A stretch of 64,000 nucleotides of DNA from Deltaproteobacteria bacterium (GTDB taxonomy: Bacteria; UBA10199; SBBF01). Below are positions 1 to 9,590 of the stretch, one piece after another (position 1 is the stretch's first letter; each line of letters starts with the position of its first letter). The notes beneath the pieces were generated by a model. It made no database searches, was not told the origin of the DNA, and saw only the letters and a list, made by a program, of their open reading frames with translations. The translations under genes were made by a program, and so were the position numbers. The stretch lies in assembly GCA_016183175.1 (NCBI GenBank), contig JACPFC010000054.1:8313-72312 (forward strand), read 5' to 3'.

Positions 1-234
1 GACGCAATCGGCCTCTCCATTCTCTCCGGGGCGCACAACTATTTGTTTCCTGAAGTCATCCGTCTTCTCAAGGAAAAAGGGATCGGTGATGTCGCGGTCT
101 TCGGTGGCGGCATTGTGCCGGATGACGAAAAAGCGGAGTTGAAAAAGAAGGGGGTCGCCGAAATTTTCACCCCCGGCGCCGACACGCGGGATATTGTGGG
201 GTGGATCAAAGAAAACGTGAAGCCGCGGATGTGA
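1..234 (+). CDS. methylmalonyl-CoA mutase family protein, C-terminal cobalamin (B12)-binding domain (5'-partial at window edge)
   Basis: Frame 1 from position 1 reads [43 protein letters not shown]..., the typical B12-binding Rossmann domain of MCM/ICM; stop at 232-234. Confidence 0.8.
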   Translation, partial: DAIGLSILSGAHNYLFPEVIRLLKEKGIGDVAVFGGGIVPDDEKAELKKKGVAEIFTPGADTRDIVGWIKENVKPRM

Positions 235-308
235 CTCTGGTAATTTAAGTATTGCAAACTGCAGTACAATAATATACTATAAACTGCATACAAAAATGAG
301 GTATTATT

Positions 309-581
309 ATGGGACAATTACAGGAACCTGTTACCATCAGCATCCGTGCCAGGGCGCGACAGCGTGATTTGATCGACCATGCCGCCGAACGGCTCGGTCG
401 CAGTCGTTCGGATTTCATGCTGGAAGTCGCTTGCCGAGAAGCCGAAAGCGTGTTGCTTGACCAAACCTATTTTGCGCTCGATGCCGATGCCTTTGCCCGG
501 TTTCAGGCCATGCTCGACAATCCTCCCAAGCCGACGGATCGCTTGCGTCGGCTGTTGACGACGAAAGCCCCCTGGGAATGA
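309..581 (+). CDS. DUF1778 / TacA-like ribbon-helix-helix antitoxin
   Basis: 90 aa; small RHH-type protein; 4-bp ATGA overlap with the downstream GNAT toxin gene. Confidence 0.7.
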   Translation: MGQLQEPVTISIRARARQRDLIDHAAERLGRSRSDFMLEVACREAESVLLDQTYFALDADAFARFQAMLDNPPKPTDRLRRLLTTKAPWE

Positions 582-1087
582 CCACCGAACTTTTGGCGCC
601 CACCCCTATCACCAAAGACCATGATCTTGGCGCATTCGATTGCGGGGAACCATCGCTGAATGAATGGCTGAAAAAGCGCGCGCTCAAGAATGACGGAGCC
701 AACGCGTCCCGCACCTATGTGATTGCCAATGGACAAACAGTCATCGGTTATTACTGTCTGGCCGCCGGCGCGGTTGGCCGCGCCACGGCGCCAAAGACAC
801 TGCGGCGCAATATGCCGGATACCATACCTGTCCTGGTGTTGGGCCGTCTCGCTATTCACAAAGATTACCATAATCGCGGCTTGGGAAGCGGGTTGTTGCG
901 TGATGCCGCCTTGCGGGCGTTGCAGGCGTCCCGGATTGCCGGTGTTTCGGCCATCCTGGTTCACGCTTTGTCGGAAACGGCCAAACGGTTCTATTTGTCG
1001 CGGGGTTTTGTCGAATCGCCAATCCAGCCGATGACGTTATGTCTTCTGCTATCGACAGCCGAAAAGATCATCGTCACGCGCAAGTAA
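578..1087 (+). CDS. GNAT-family acetyltransferase toxin (TacT/AtaT-like)
   Basis: 169 aa; motifs DLGAFDCGEPSLNEWL...TYVI...RGLGSGLL typical of tRNA-acetylating GNAT toxins paired with DUF1778. Confidence 0.75.
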   Translation: MTTELLAPTPITKDHDLGAFDCGEPSLNEWLKKRALKNDGANASRTYVIANGQTVIGYYCLAAGAVGRATAPKTLRRNMPDTIPVLVLGRLAIHKDYHNRGLGSGLLRDAALRALQASRIAGVSAILVHALSETAKRFYLSRGFVESPIQPMTLCLLLSTAEKIIVTRK

Positions 1088-1107
1088 CGATTCAATTTAT
1101 GAATTTT

Positions 1108-1814
1108 CTATTTGCCTTGAAACAGGGGTGAGCGTTTCTCCCGAATCGCCCGAATCCCTTCTTTGATGTCTTCAGTCGTAAACGTTTTTGCCTGACAGGC
1201 CGAATCGTAATCGAACATCTGTTCCAAGGTTCCGTGCAGGGCCTTTTGGATCCCTTTTTTGATCAGGACAACGGGCATCGGACCATTTTCAGCGATTACC
1301 TTGGCCACGCCGTGAACGTGCGGCAGAAGTTTGTCGGCCTCAAAAACACCGTTTAAAAGCCCCATATCAAAGGCCCGCTTCGCCGAGAGGTTTTCGGCCA
1401 AAAGAAGGACCTCGGCGGCCCTTGTCGGTCCGATCAGCCGCGTGATCAGCCAAGTGCCTCCCATGCCGGGGGCAAGACCGATTTTGGCAAAGTTGGCCCC
1501 CATTTTTGCCTCCAAGGAGGCATAGCGGAGATCGCAGGCAAGGGCGAGGCAAAAGCCGGCGCCGATGGCATGTCCATTGACGGCGGCAATGACGGGGATC
1601 TTTAAGTTTCGAACGTCCAGAAAAATTCGATAGAACATTTTGAGTTCTTTTTTGTTTGTTGCCTCTTTTTTGCGCGTCCGCGATTCGATCATGTCCAGAT
1701 TGCCGCCGGAAGAAAAAGCCCGTCCGGCGCCGGTTAAAATGTCAGGTTTTCCGGCCGGTTGAGGGTAACAGTTGCAATAGGACCTTCGATTTGCAAGATA
1801 ACAGGCTCGGACAT
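1108..1814 (-). pseudogene. enoyl-CoA hydratase/isomerase (crotonase) family, apparently frameshifted or N-terminally deleted
   Basis: ORF 1108..1890 carries the crotonase core (ILTGAGRAFSSGG...AAVNGHAIGAGFCLALACDLR). The canonical N-terminus MSEPVILQIEGPIATVTLNRPENL is in another frame from ATG at 1814 and stops after 26 codons. About 25 aa normally between LNRPE and LTGAG are missing. Frame switch near 1735-1750. Confidence 0.5.
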
Positions 1815-1824
1815 ATGGCGCATT

Positions 1825-1997
1825 GTGACAATTCAGTCTCGTGTGTTTTCTTTCGATTCCGTCGGAACTCGCGGTCTTTGTAATCGCCACCCTGTTTGTA
1901 TGTTGTCGCCTGGTTTGTTCCGATTGGCGATGTTTTTAAGGTGCGCTCGGACAGCCGACGGACTCTTCAGAAAGCCACCCGAGACCGAATTGTCACC
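1825..1997. mobile_element. MITE-like element, copy 1 (TIR GTGACAATTCAGTCTCG / CGAGACCGAATTGTCAC)
   Basis: Terminal inverted repeats plus internal inverted repeats; homologous to 35084-35253, 55461-55723 and 59625-59794; no ORF; sits between divergent hydratase and lipB. Confidence 0.6.
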
Positions 1998-2025
1998 ATA
2001 TGTTCCTAACAAAACCGGGTTTCAA

Positions 2026-2691
2026 ATGAAACAAAATTTTCCCATTCAGACCTCTTTTCTCGGAGAGGCGCCTTACCGTGAGGCTCTGGAGAAAATGAAT
2101 AGCCTTCGGGACGAACGTTTGGCGAATCGGATACCCGACCAACTCCTGTTTCTGGAACATCCCCCGGTGATTACGATGGGGCGGCGCCGGTCGCATGAAG
2201 ACTTGAAAATCAACCCCGAGGAGCTCAAACGGAGGGGGATTGAATTTGTCGAGACCGACCGGGGGGGGAGGCTCACCTATCACGGGCCGGGCCAACTGGT
2301 TGTCTATTTCATTGTGGATATCGAGACGCGAAAGATATCGATCGACAAAATGGTCTGGGCGGTGGAGGAGGGGGTTAAACGTCTTCTGGCCAAATATGGA
2401 ATTTCGGCGAGCCGCGACAAAAGAAATCCCGGAATCTGGGTTGGAAACAGTAAAATCGCCTCCATCGGCCTCCATGTCCACCGTGGCGTCACCACCCACG
2501 GTGTTGCGCTCAATGTCGATTGTGACCTTGCCCCTTTCGGTTACATCATCCCCTGCGGCATTGCCGGCGCCGGCGTGACCAATCTCGCCGAAATAACCGC
2601 CCGCAAATATTCGGTGGACGAGGTTGGGGGCGATTTGAGACGATGTTACGAAGATGTCTTCAACCAAAGAAGGCCACGTTGTTCGTCTTGA
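2026..2691 (+). CDS. lipB: lipoyl(octanoyl) transferase LipB
   Basis: MKQNFPIQTSFLGEAPYREALEKM...HPPVITMGRRR...RGGRLTYHGPGQLVVY motif set of LipB; ATG at 2026. Confidence 0.85.
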   Translation: MKQNFPIQTSFLGEAPYREALEKMNSLRDERLANRIPDQLLFLEHPPVITMGRRRSHEDLKINPEELKRRGIEFVETDRGGRLTYHGPGQLVVYFIVDIETRKISIDKMVWAVEEGVKRLLAKYGISASRDKRNPGIWVGNSKIASIGLHVHRGVTTHGVALNVDCDLAPFGYIIPCGIAGAGVTNLAEITARKYSVDEVGGDLRRCYEDVFNQRRPRCSS

Positions 2692-3205
2692 ACGCTTCCG
2701 CCCGGAACATGGTAAAATCGTTTTCCGCTGGTTCTATGACCCTGCCTATAGGTTGTTCTTTCGGGATTTTGAGGACCCTTTGAGCCTCGAACAGTGCAAA
2801 AAATTTGACAAAGTCATGGCGGGATCCGGCGTCGGCATTTTCATGATCATCGAAAAATCTTCAGACAAACCGATCGGCATGGTAACCCATTGCTGTTTGA
2901 AAAAGAAGTCGGGGGTCAACCGGATCGGCATCATGCTCGACAAAGATTTCCAGCATAAAACCTATGCCATCGAGGCGCTCATTATTCTTCTCGATTATCT
3001 CTATAATCGATTGGGTTTTAAAAAAATAATTGTCGAGTATCTGGCCTCCGATCATCATATTCAGCGGATCTCCGAAAAGGGGGGATGGATTCGGGAGGCG
3101 GTCTTGAAACGCGAGGCGGTTGTTGACGGGGAATATGTGGACGAAGTTCGGTATTATATGTTCAAGGAAACCTACGAGGAGTTGTATGGGGATTATTTCA
3201 AATAA
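2654..3205 (+). CDS. GNAT family N-acetyltransferase (RimL/RimJ-like)
   Basis: 183 aa with acetyltransferase fold motifs ([19 protein letters not shown]...LGFKKII); overlaps lipB 3' end, start uncertain. Confidence 0.65.
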   Translation: MSSTKEGHVVRLERFRPEHGKIVFRWFYDPAYRLFFRDFEDPLSLEQCKKFDKVMAGSGVGIFMIIEKSSDKPIGMVTHCCLKKKSGVNRIGIMLDKDFQHKTYAIEALIILLDYLYNRLGFKKIIVEYLASDHHIQRISEKGGWIREAVLKREAVVDGEYVDEVRYYMFKETYEELYGDYFK

Positions 3206-4823
3206 CTACATTTTCGCGGTAGATCCCGAAAACTTCCCGAAGGGTATTTGAAATTTCTCCCAGGGTGGCGTAACAGCGCGCCGCATTTAAAATATGCGGC
3301 ATGAGGTTGTCGGTTCCCCTTGCCGCCTGTTTGATTTTTGTCAATGCCTGTTCGACCTTTTTGTTGTCCCGGTCTTTGCGTACCTTGTCCAATCGCCCGA
3401 CCTGTTTTTTCTCCAGACTTGCGTCCACTTTCAAAATATCCGCCGCCGGGGGCTCCTGGATCTGAAACTCGTTGACGCCAACGATGATCAGTTTTTTTTC
3501 TTCAATGCTTCGCTGATAGTCGTAAGCGGCATTCTGGATTTCCTGCTGGATATAACCCTTTTCGATCGCCTTTACCGAACCTCCCATCTGATCGATCCGT
3601 TCAATGTATTCCAGCGCCTTTTTTTCAATCGTATCGGTCAACGATTCGACAAAATACGAGCCGGCCAGTGGATCGACCGTGTCGCCGATTCCCGTTTCAT
3701 AGGCGAGAATCTGTTGTGTGCGGAGGGCAATTCGCGCTGAAACCTCTGTTGGAAGGGCCAGGGCTTCATCGCGTGCGTTGGTATGGAGACTCTGCGTGCC
3801 CCCCAGGGCCGCCGCCATCGCCTGATACGCGACGCGGACAACGTTGTTGTCAATCTGTTGCGCCGTCAGCGAACAACCGGCTGTTTGTGTGTGAAAGCGA
3901 AGTTGGCAGGAACGGTCGTTCGCCTTGAAACGTTCGCGCATCAGCCGGGCCCAAAGGCGTCTGGCGGCGCGGAATTTGGCCGCTTCTTCGAAAAAATAGT
4001 TGTGCCCGTTGAAAAAGAAGGAGAGGCGGGGGGCAAAGTCGTCAACCTTCAGTCCCGCATCGATCGCGGCTTTCACATAGGCAAGGCCGTTGGCCAGGGT
4101 AAAGGCCACTTCTTGAACGGCGGTCGATCCGGCTTCGCGGATGTGATAACCGGAGATCGAAATCGTATTCCACTTGGGGACATGGTCTTTGCAGAAGGCA
4201 AAAATATCGGTGATGATCCGCATCGACGGTTCCGGGGGATAAATATAAGTGCCGCGGGCGATGTATTCCTTCAAAATATCGTTTTGAATCGTGCCCGAGA
4301 GTTTATCGGCCGAAATTCCTTTTTTTTCGGCGACGGCGATGTAAAAGGCGAGAAGAATTGCCGCCGTGGCGTTGATGGTCATGGATGTGGAAACCTGGTC
4401 GAGAGGAATGCCGTCCATCAAAACTTCCATATCGGCAAGTGAGGCGATCGCCACACCTGTTTTGCCGACTTCCCCTTTGGCCCGCGGATCGTCGGAATCG
4501 AGTCCCATCTGCGTGGGGAGATCGAAGGCCACCGAAAGCCCGGTGCCGCCATGGGCAATCAAGTCGCGGTAACGCTTGTTGGACTCCTCTGCCGTCCCGA
4601 AGCCGGCATACTGCCGCATCGTCCAGAAACGGCCGCGGTACATATCGGGCTGAACGCCGCGGGTGTAGGGAAATTGACCGGGCTGACCGAGGTCGCGCCG
4701 ATATTTCTCATCCGTTTTTTGAGGAGCATAAAGAGGCTCGACCGGAATTTTCGAGAGGGTTTCGAAGGTTTCTTTTGTCCGGTTTTTCTTTTCTTTGGCG
4801 CCGCTCTTCGGCATTGGTTGCAT
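3198..4823 (-). CDS. methylmalonyl-CoA mutase family, large catalytic (TIM-barrel) subunit without B12 domain
   Basis: [63 protein letters not shown] signature; start chosen at MQPMPK (ATG at 4823; ORF extends to 4892). Confidence 0.85.
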   Translation of the reverse strand: MQPMPKSGAKEKKNRTKETFETLSKIPVEPLYAPQKTDEKYRRDLGQPGQFPYTRGVQPDMYRGRFWTMRQYAGFGTAEESNKRYRDLIAHGGTGLSVAFDLPTQMGLDSDDPRAKGEVGKTGVAIASLADMEVLMDGIPLDQVSTSMTINATAAILLAFYIAVAEKKGISADKLSGTIQNDILKEYIARGTYIYPPEPSMRIITDIFAFCKDHVPKWNTISISGYHIREAGSTAVQEVAFTLANGLAYVKAAIDAGLKVDDFAPRLSFFFNGHNYFFEEAAKFRAARRLWARLMRERFKANDRSCQLRFHTQTAGCSLTAQQIDNNVVRVAYQAMAAALGGTQSLHTNARDEALALPTEVSARIALRTQQILAYETGIGDTVDPLAGSYFVESLTDTIEKKALEYIERIDQMGGSVKAIEKGYIQQEIQNAAYDYQRSIEEKKLIIVGVNEFQIQEPPAADILKVDASLEKKQVGRLDKVRKDRDNKKVEQALTKIKQAARGTDNLMPHILNAARCYATLGEISNTLREVFGIYRENVVI

Positions 4824-5033
4824 ATATCGCAGGGTCAGGGATGTGTCAAAACACCTTTTATTCTTGAACCCGCTCAAGCGCCTGTCTTGCAAATTGTCCG
4901 ATGAGGGTCTGTTCCTGGGATAATTCCTTCAAACGGGGGAGGGCTTTCCCGGCCCGGGGGCCGATATTGCTGTTTGGGGAGAGATGTCATCACTGACTTT
5001 GTAAATTCATCGGCCCGGGAATACCCTTGACCG

Positions 5034-5065
5034 ATGCATATAAATAGTGCATATTGATATGCATT
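5034..5065. promoter_or_regulatory. AT-rich palindrome ATGCATATAAATAGTGCATATTGATATGCAT immediately upstream of vapB (putative operator/promoter)
   Basis: Inverted repeat ATGCATAT...ATATGCAT containing a TATAAAT -10-like box, ending at the vapB start codon. Confidence 0.35.
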
Positions 5066-5257
5066 ATGAGAACAACCGTCAACTTGGATAAAAATTTGTA
5101 CGAAAATGCCGCCAAGGCCGCCGGTGTCTCCGAAAAAACCCGCCTCATTCACATGGGGTTTGAGGCCCTCATCCGCAAAACGGCCTCCGAAAGACTGGCC
5201 CGGGTTTTCGGTTCCTACAAACGGGCAAACGCCCCCCGTCGCCGAAGGCCTTCATGA
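5066..5257 (+). CDS. vapB: VapB-type antitoxin
   Basis: MRTTVNLDKNLYENAAKAAGVSEKTRLIHMGFEALIRK...; 4-bp overlap (ATGA) with the downstream PIN gene. Confidence 0.65.
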   Translation: MRTTVNLDKNLYENAAKAAGVSEKTRLIHMGFEALIRKTASERLARVFGSYKRANAPRRRRPS

Positions 5258-5628
5258 TTCTTGTCGACACGAGCATCTGGATCGGCCACCTCAAGGGAAA
5301 AGCGGAGGCCTTCCCTCTTTCCGATTTGCTGAAAGAAGAACAGGTGATAACCCATCCGTGGATCATCGGTGAACTCGTAATGGGGGATTTGGGGCCGCGC
5401 AGAAACGAGTTTCTGTCCGATGTCGGCAAGCTCCAGCAACTTCCATCATACGATTCGGAAGAATTAAGGGTCTTTGTCGATTCCGAACATTTGTTCGGTT
5501 CGGGATTGTCCTTTGTCGATGTGCAATTGTTGTATGCCGCCATTCAGGGAAACTGTCGCCTCTGGACACGCGACAAGGCCCTTAAGAGGATGGCAGACCG
5601 TTACAGCGTCGCCTATGGCCCCATTTAA
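5254..5628 (+). CDS. vapC: PIN-domain ribonuclease toxin VapC
   Basis: MILVDTSIWIGHL... with conserved acidic PIN residues (D5, E40-like, D100-like). Confidence 0.8.
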   Translation: MILVDTSIWIGHLKGKAEAFPLSDLLKEEQVITHPWIIGELVMGDLGPRRNEFLSDVGKLQQLPSYDSEELRVFVDSEHLFGSGLSFVDVQLLYAAIQGNCRLWTRDKALKRMADRYSVAYGPI

Positions 5629-5698
5629 GAAAAATCAACGGTTGAACAGTCCTTGACTTAACGCATCCGTGACTTTATTTAAATCAGGTCTATTTTCA

Positions 5699-5870
5699 GG
5701 GGCTCGCGTCGCCTCCGCCAAACTGCTCGGCGGACCCGCCGCGTTGTTTGGCGGGCCCTCCACCGGCGAAGCCGGATACAAGCCGCGATTCATTCGCGGC
5801 GCGTAGCAAACCGTATGGTTTGCGAAGTAAGATAGTTGCCTCCCCCTCAACGCGCCTTTGGCGCTGGTTA
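5699..5870. repeat. composite REP-like GC-rich palindromic repeat cluster (family 1)
   Basis: Hairpins GGCGGACCCGCC...TTTGGCGGGCC, CCGCGATTCATTCGCGG, and CTCCACCGGCGAAGCCGGAT shared with 17711-17900, 20105-20150, 21427-21500, 51232-51287 and 55518-55660. Confidence 0.5.
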
Positions 5871-5882
5871 TTTTAGCTGATT

Positions 5883-7427
5883 ATGAAAGACAAACTTCAC
5901 ATTCTCAAGGAAAAAGAGGCCCAAGCCTTAACCGGCGGCGGCGAGGAGCGGGTTGCCAAACAGCACGAGGCGGGGAAACTCACCGCCCGCGAGCGGATCG
6001 ACAAGCTCCTCGATCCCGGCAGTTTTGTCGAAACCGACCGCTTTGTCACCCACCGCTGTGCCGACTTCGGAATGGAAAAACAGAAAATTCTCGGCGATGG
6101 CGTGATCACCGGCTACGGCAAGGTGAATGGACGTCTTGTTTTTGTCTTTGCGCAGGATTTCACCTCGTTCGGCGGATCGCTGGGGGAGGCGTATGCCAAA
6201 AAAATCTGCAAAATAATGGATCATGCCATGAAAGTGGGGGCCCCCGTCATCGGGTTGAACGACTCGGGAGGGGCGCGGATTCAGGAAGGGGTGATCAGTC
6301 TCGCCGGTTATGCCGACATCTTTCAGCGAAACGTGATGAGCTCCGGCGTCATCCCGCAAATTTCGGTCATCATGGGCCCCTGCGCCGGCGGCGCCGTCTA
6401 CTCGCCGGCGATGACCGACTTCATCGTCATGGTTCAAAACACCGCGCACATGTTTATCACCGGGCCGGATGTCATCAAGGCGGTTACTCATGAAGAGGTT
6501 TCGAAAGAAAAACTGGGGGGGGCGATTTCGCACAGTTCCATCAGTGGTGTCGCCCATTTTGCAGCGGAATCCGAAGATGCAAGCCTCGAACTGGTGAAGG
6601 AACTGCTGGGCTTCATCCCCTCCAACAACCGCGAACCGGTGCCGTTTGTCCCGGCGGGGGATCCGTCCGATCGAGTCTGCTCCAAACTCGATTCAATTAT
6701 TCCCGATAGCCCCAACAAGCCCTACGACATCAAGGAAATCATCGCCGAAACATTGGACGACGGCCATTTCACGGAGATCCACGCCAATTACGCCAAAAAT
6801 ATGGTGATCGGTTTCGGACGAATCGGCGGTTATTCAATCGGCATTGTGGCCAATCAGCCGGCGCACTTGGCGGGGTGCCTCGACATCAACGCCTCGATCA
6901 AGGGGGCGCGGTTCGTCCGGTTTTGCGACGCTTTCAATATCCCCCTTGTCACTTTTGTCGATGTTCCGGGATTTTTGCCCGGCACAGCACAGGAGTACGG
7001 TGGCATCATCATGCATGGCGCGAAACTTTTGTATGCCTTCTGCGAGGCGACCGTTCCGAAAATAACGGTTATTACCCGCAAGGCTTACGGCGGCGCGTAC
7101 GACGTTATGAGCTCCAAGCATATTCGCGGCGATGTCAGCTACGCCTACCCCGGCGCCGAAATCGCCGTGATGGGCCCCGACGGAGCGGTGAACATTATCT
7201 TCAAAAAACAGATCGAACAGTCTGCCGACGCGAAAGGGGAAAAAGAGCGCCTCGTGGCCGAATACCGCGAAAAATTCGCCAGCCCCTACAAAGCGGCGGA
7301 GTTGGGCTATATCGACGAGGTGATTCTCCCGTCCGACACGCGAAAAAAGATTTTTGCCGCATTGGAGATGTTGCAGAACAAGGTGGATTCGAATCCGAAG
7401 AAAAAACACGGGAATATTCCCTTGTAG
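5883..7427 (+). CDS. acyl-CoA (propionyl/methylmalonyl) carboxylase carboxyltransferase beta subunit
   Basis: 514 aa; [16 protein letters not shown]...[26 protein letters not shown]...[16 protein letters not shown] typical PccB/AccD5. Confidence 0.85.
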   Translation: MKDKLHILKEKEAQALTGGGEERVAKQHEAGKLTARERIDKLLDPGSFVETDRFVTHRCADFGMEKQKILGDGVITGYGKVNGRLVFVFAQDFTSFGGSLGEAYAKKICKIMDHAMKVGAPVIGLNDSGGARIQEGVISLAGYADIFQRNVMSSGVIPQISVIMGPCAGGAVYSPAMTDFIVMVQNTAHMFITGPDVIKAVTHEEVSKEKLGGAISHSSISGVAHFAAESEDASLELVKELLGFIPSNNREPVPFVPAGDPSDRVCSKLDSIIPDSPNKPYDIKEIIAETLDDGHFTEIHANYAKNMVIGFGRIGGYSIGIVANQPAHLAGCLDINASIKGARFVRFCDAFNIPLVTFVDVPGFLPGTAQEYGGIIMHGAKLLYAFCEATVPKITVITRKAYGGAYDVMSSKHIRGDVSYAYPGAEIAVMGPDGAVNIIFKKQIEQSADAKGEKERLVAEYREKFASPYKAAELGYIDEVILPSDTRKKIFAALEMLQNKVDSNPKKKHGNIPL

Positions 7428-7485
7428 GGGCGGCCCTGTGTGGCCGCCCTCCGTGCAGGGCAACCACATAGGGTTGCCCCTACGC

Positions 7486-9012
7486 ATGAAAACCAAAAAA
7501 ATCAAAAAGATCCTTATCGCCAACCGCGGCGAAATTGCCGTCCGGATCATGCGGACCTGTCGCGATCTCGGCATTTCAACCGTGGCGGTTTATTCGGAGG
7601 CCGATCGCTCCGCTCTTCATGTTCAAGTCGCGGATGAGGCCTATTGCATCGGCCCGGCCCCTGCGGTTGAAAGTTATCTCGTTCCCGAAAAGATAATCGA
7701 TGCCGCCAACAAGAGCGGGGCGGATGCTGTTCATCCCGGCTACGGGTTTCTTTCCGAGAAATCGGTTTTCTCAAAAGCTTGCCAAAATGCCGGAATCATC
7801 TTTCTGGGTCCCAAACCCGAAACCATCGACGCCATGGGGAGTAAAACAGGGGCGCGCCAGATTGCCGAGAAGGCGAGGGTGCCAATGGTGCCGGGCACGA
7901 AGGAGGCTCTCAAAGATTTAGCCGAAGCCAAACAAATTGCCAAAAAGATCGGCTATCCCGTTTTTCTAAAGGCTGTGTCGGGCGGCGGGGGGAAAGGGAT
8001 GCGTTTGGTCGAGAAAGAGGCCGACATGGAATCGGCCATGACCCGGGCGGGATCAGAAGCAAAGAAAAGCTTTAATGATGATAGTCTATATATTGAAAAA
8101 TACATTGTAAAACCACGCCATATTGAGGTTCAGGTCGTCTTCGATCAGCAGGGAAAAGGGCTTCATTTGTTTGAGCGTGAATGTTCTCTTCAGCGACGGC
8201 ATCAAAAGGTGATCGAAGAGGCGCCGTCCCCCTTTATTTCGGCGGCCACCCGAAAAAAAATGACCGAAGCGGCGGTTCGTTTGGCGGCATCAGTCGGGTA
8301 TGTTGGAGTGGGGACGCTCGAATTTTTGGTCGACAAGGAGGAGAATTTTTATTTCCTCGAAATGAACACCCGCCTGCAGGTGGAGCATCCGGTTACGGAA
8401 ATGATCACTGGCCTCGATCTGGTGAAACTCCAAATTGAGATTGGAGAGGGGAAACCCCTTTCTCTCAAACAATCCGACATTACCCTGCGCGGTCATGCGG
8501 TCGAGTGCCGCCTGTATGCCGAAGACCCGGAAAATAATTTTTTTCCTTCTCCCGGCACCATCGAGTGGATGACAATCCCGGAAGGGCCGGGGGTCCGGCA
8601 CGACAGCGGCGTTTACGAGGGGGCCACAATTCCCATCTACTACGACCCGCTTATTGCCAAGTTGATCACCTGGGGGGAAAGCCGCCAACATGCCTTTTGC
8701 CGGATGCAAAGGGCCCTTCGCGAATATGAAATCGGCGGATTTAAAAACAACATCCCGTTTTTGCGAACGCTGGTCGAAAACCCCGATGTTTTGGCGGCCA
8801 AAATGTATACGCACTATATCGACGATCATCCCGAAATCCTCAAACGCCGTCCGGTGGATCTGCCGAACGAGATTATCTTCGGCATTGCCGCCTATGACCG
8901 AACAAAGCGGCCCATGGCCACTCCGGCGTCCGGCGTGGCGACTGTCGGGAGAGAAACGATGTCCCAGTGGAAAGCGCAAGGTTTGAGGGACGCGTTGGAG
9001 CAGAGATTTTGA
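7486..9012 (+). CDS. biotin carboxylase domain of acyl-CoA carboxylase alpha subunit
   Basis: MKTKKIKKILIANRGEIAVRIMRTCRDLGI...; ATP-grasp motifs; ATG at 7486. Confidence 0.85.
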   Translation: MKTKKIKKILIANRGEIAVRIMRTCRDLGISTVAVYSEADRSALHVQVADEAYCIGPAPAVESYLVPEKIIDAANKSGADAVHPGYGFLSEKSVFSKACQNAGIIFLGPKPETIDAMGSKTGARQIAEKARVPMVPGTKEALKDLAEAKQIAKKIGYPVFLKAVSGGGGKGMRLVEKEADMESAMTRAGSEAKKSFNDDSLYIEKYIVKPRHIEVQVVFDQQGKGLHLFERECSLQRRHQKVIEEAPSPFISAATRKKMTEAAVRLAASVGYVGVGTLEFLVDKEENFYFLEMNTRLQVEHPVTEMITGLDLVKLQIEIGEGKPLSLKQSDITLRGHAVECRLYAEDPENNFFPSPGTIEWMTIPEGPGVRHDSGVYEGATIPIYYDPLIAKLITWGESRQHAFCRMQRALREYEIGGFKNNIPFLRTLVENPDVLAAKMYTHYIDDHPEILKRRPVDLPNEIIFGIAAYDRTKRPMATPASGVATVGRETMSQWKAQGLRDALEQRF

Positions 9013-9587
9013 AATCCAAAAAATTCACCGCCACGCACGACGGAAAAGAGACGCCGATTGAAATCGGCGAAATCGCCCCCGATAGTCTGCGCATTGTCTC
9101 CAACGGCAAGACATGGGAGGTGGATGTTCACATCGCGGGGCCGAACCATTATTCGGTCATTCACGACGGACGGTCGCATGATCTTCGTTTTCATCAAAGC
9201 GGCCCGGAAATTCAGGCTTTTCTTCATGGCGAGCATCTCTATTTTCAGCTTGATGAAGAGGGCAAGGCCGGAAAACCCAAACCGGGAGCCGGCAGGTTGC
9301 TTGGTGGCAAGCCGGGGGGAAAAATCGGTGGCGGCGCCACCCCGACAAGGGGCCCCTTTGGGGCTGGCGAGGGAAAGGTCGAACTGATCGCCCAGATGCC
9401 GGGCAAAATTGTCAGTGTCGCCGTCAAAAAAGGGGACAAGGTTGAAGAAGGGGAGGGGGTGGTTGTTCTTGAGGCGATGAAGATGGAAAACGAGATGAAA
9501 TCCCCAAAGTCGGGCGTTGTCACCGATGTCCGCGTGGCCCCCGGCCAGTCGGTTGAAAACGGCGCCTTGCTGGTTGTCATCGAATAG
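8967..9587 (+). CDS. BT-like linker plus biotin carboxyl carrier (biotinyl) domain, frame-shifted relative to the biotin carboxylase
   Basis: Ends with EAMKMENEMKSPKSGVVTDVRVAPGQSV biotinylation motif; overlaps the BC ORF by 46 nt in a different frame. Confidence 0.7.
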   Translation: MESARFEGRVGAEILKSKKFTATHDGKETPIEIGEIAPDSLRIVSNGKTWEVDVHIAGPNHYSVIHDGRSHDLRFHQSGPEIQAFLHGEHLYFQLDEEGKAGKPKPGAGRLLGGKPGGKIGGGATPTRGPFGAGEGKVELIAQMPGKIVSVAVKKGDKVEEGEGVVVLEAMKMENEMKSPKSGVVTDVRVAPGQSVENGALLVVIE

Positions 9588-9590
9588 GAT

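Noticed and set aside
4874-5152. 92-aa minus-strand ORF between the mutase gene and vapB
   Set aside because: Overlaps the vapBC promoter/operator palindrome, no RBS, odd composition; likely non-coding regulatory DNA.
5858-6493. 211-aa Arg-rich ORF overlapping the 5' part of the PccB gene in another frame
   Set aside because: Alternate-frame artefact of a GC-rich conserved gene; the composition (R/G/P-rich) is typical of spurious frames.
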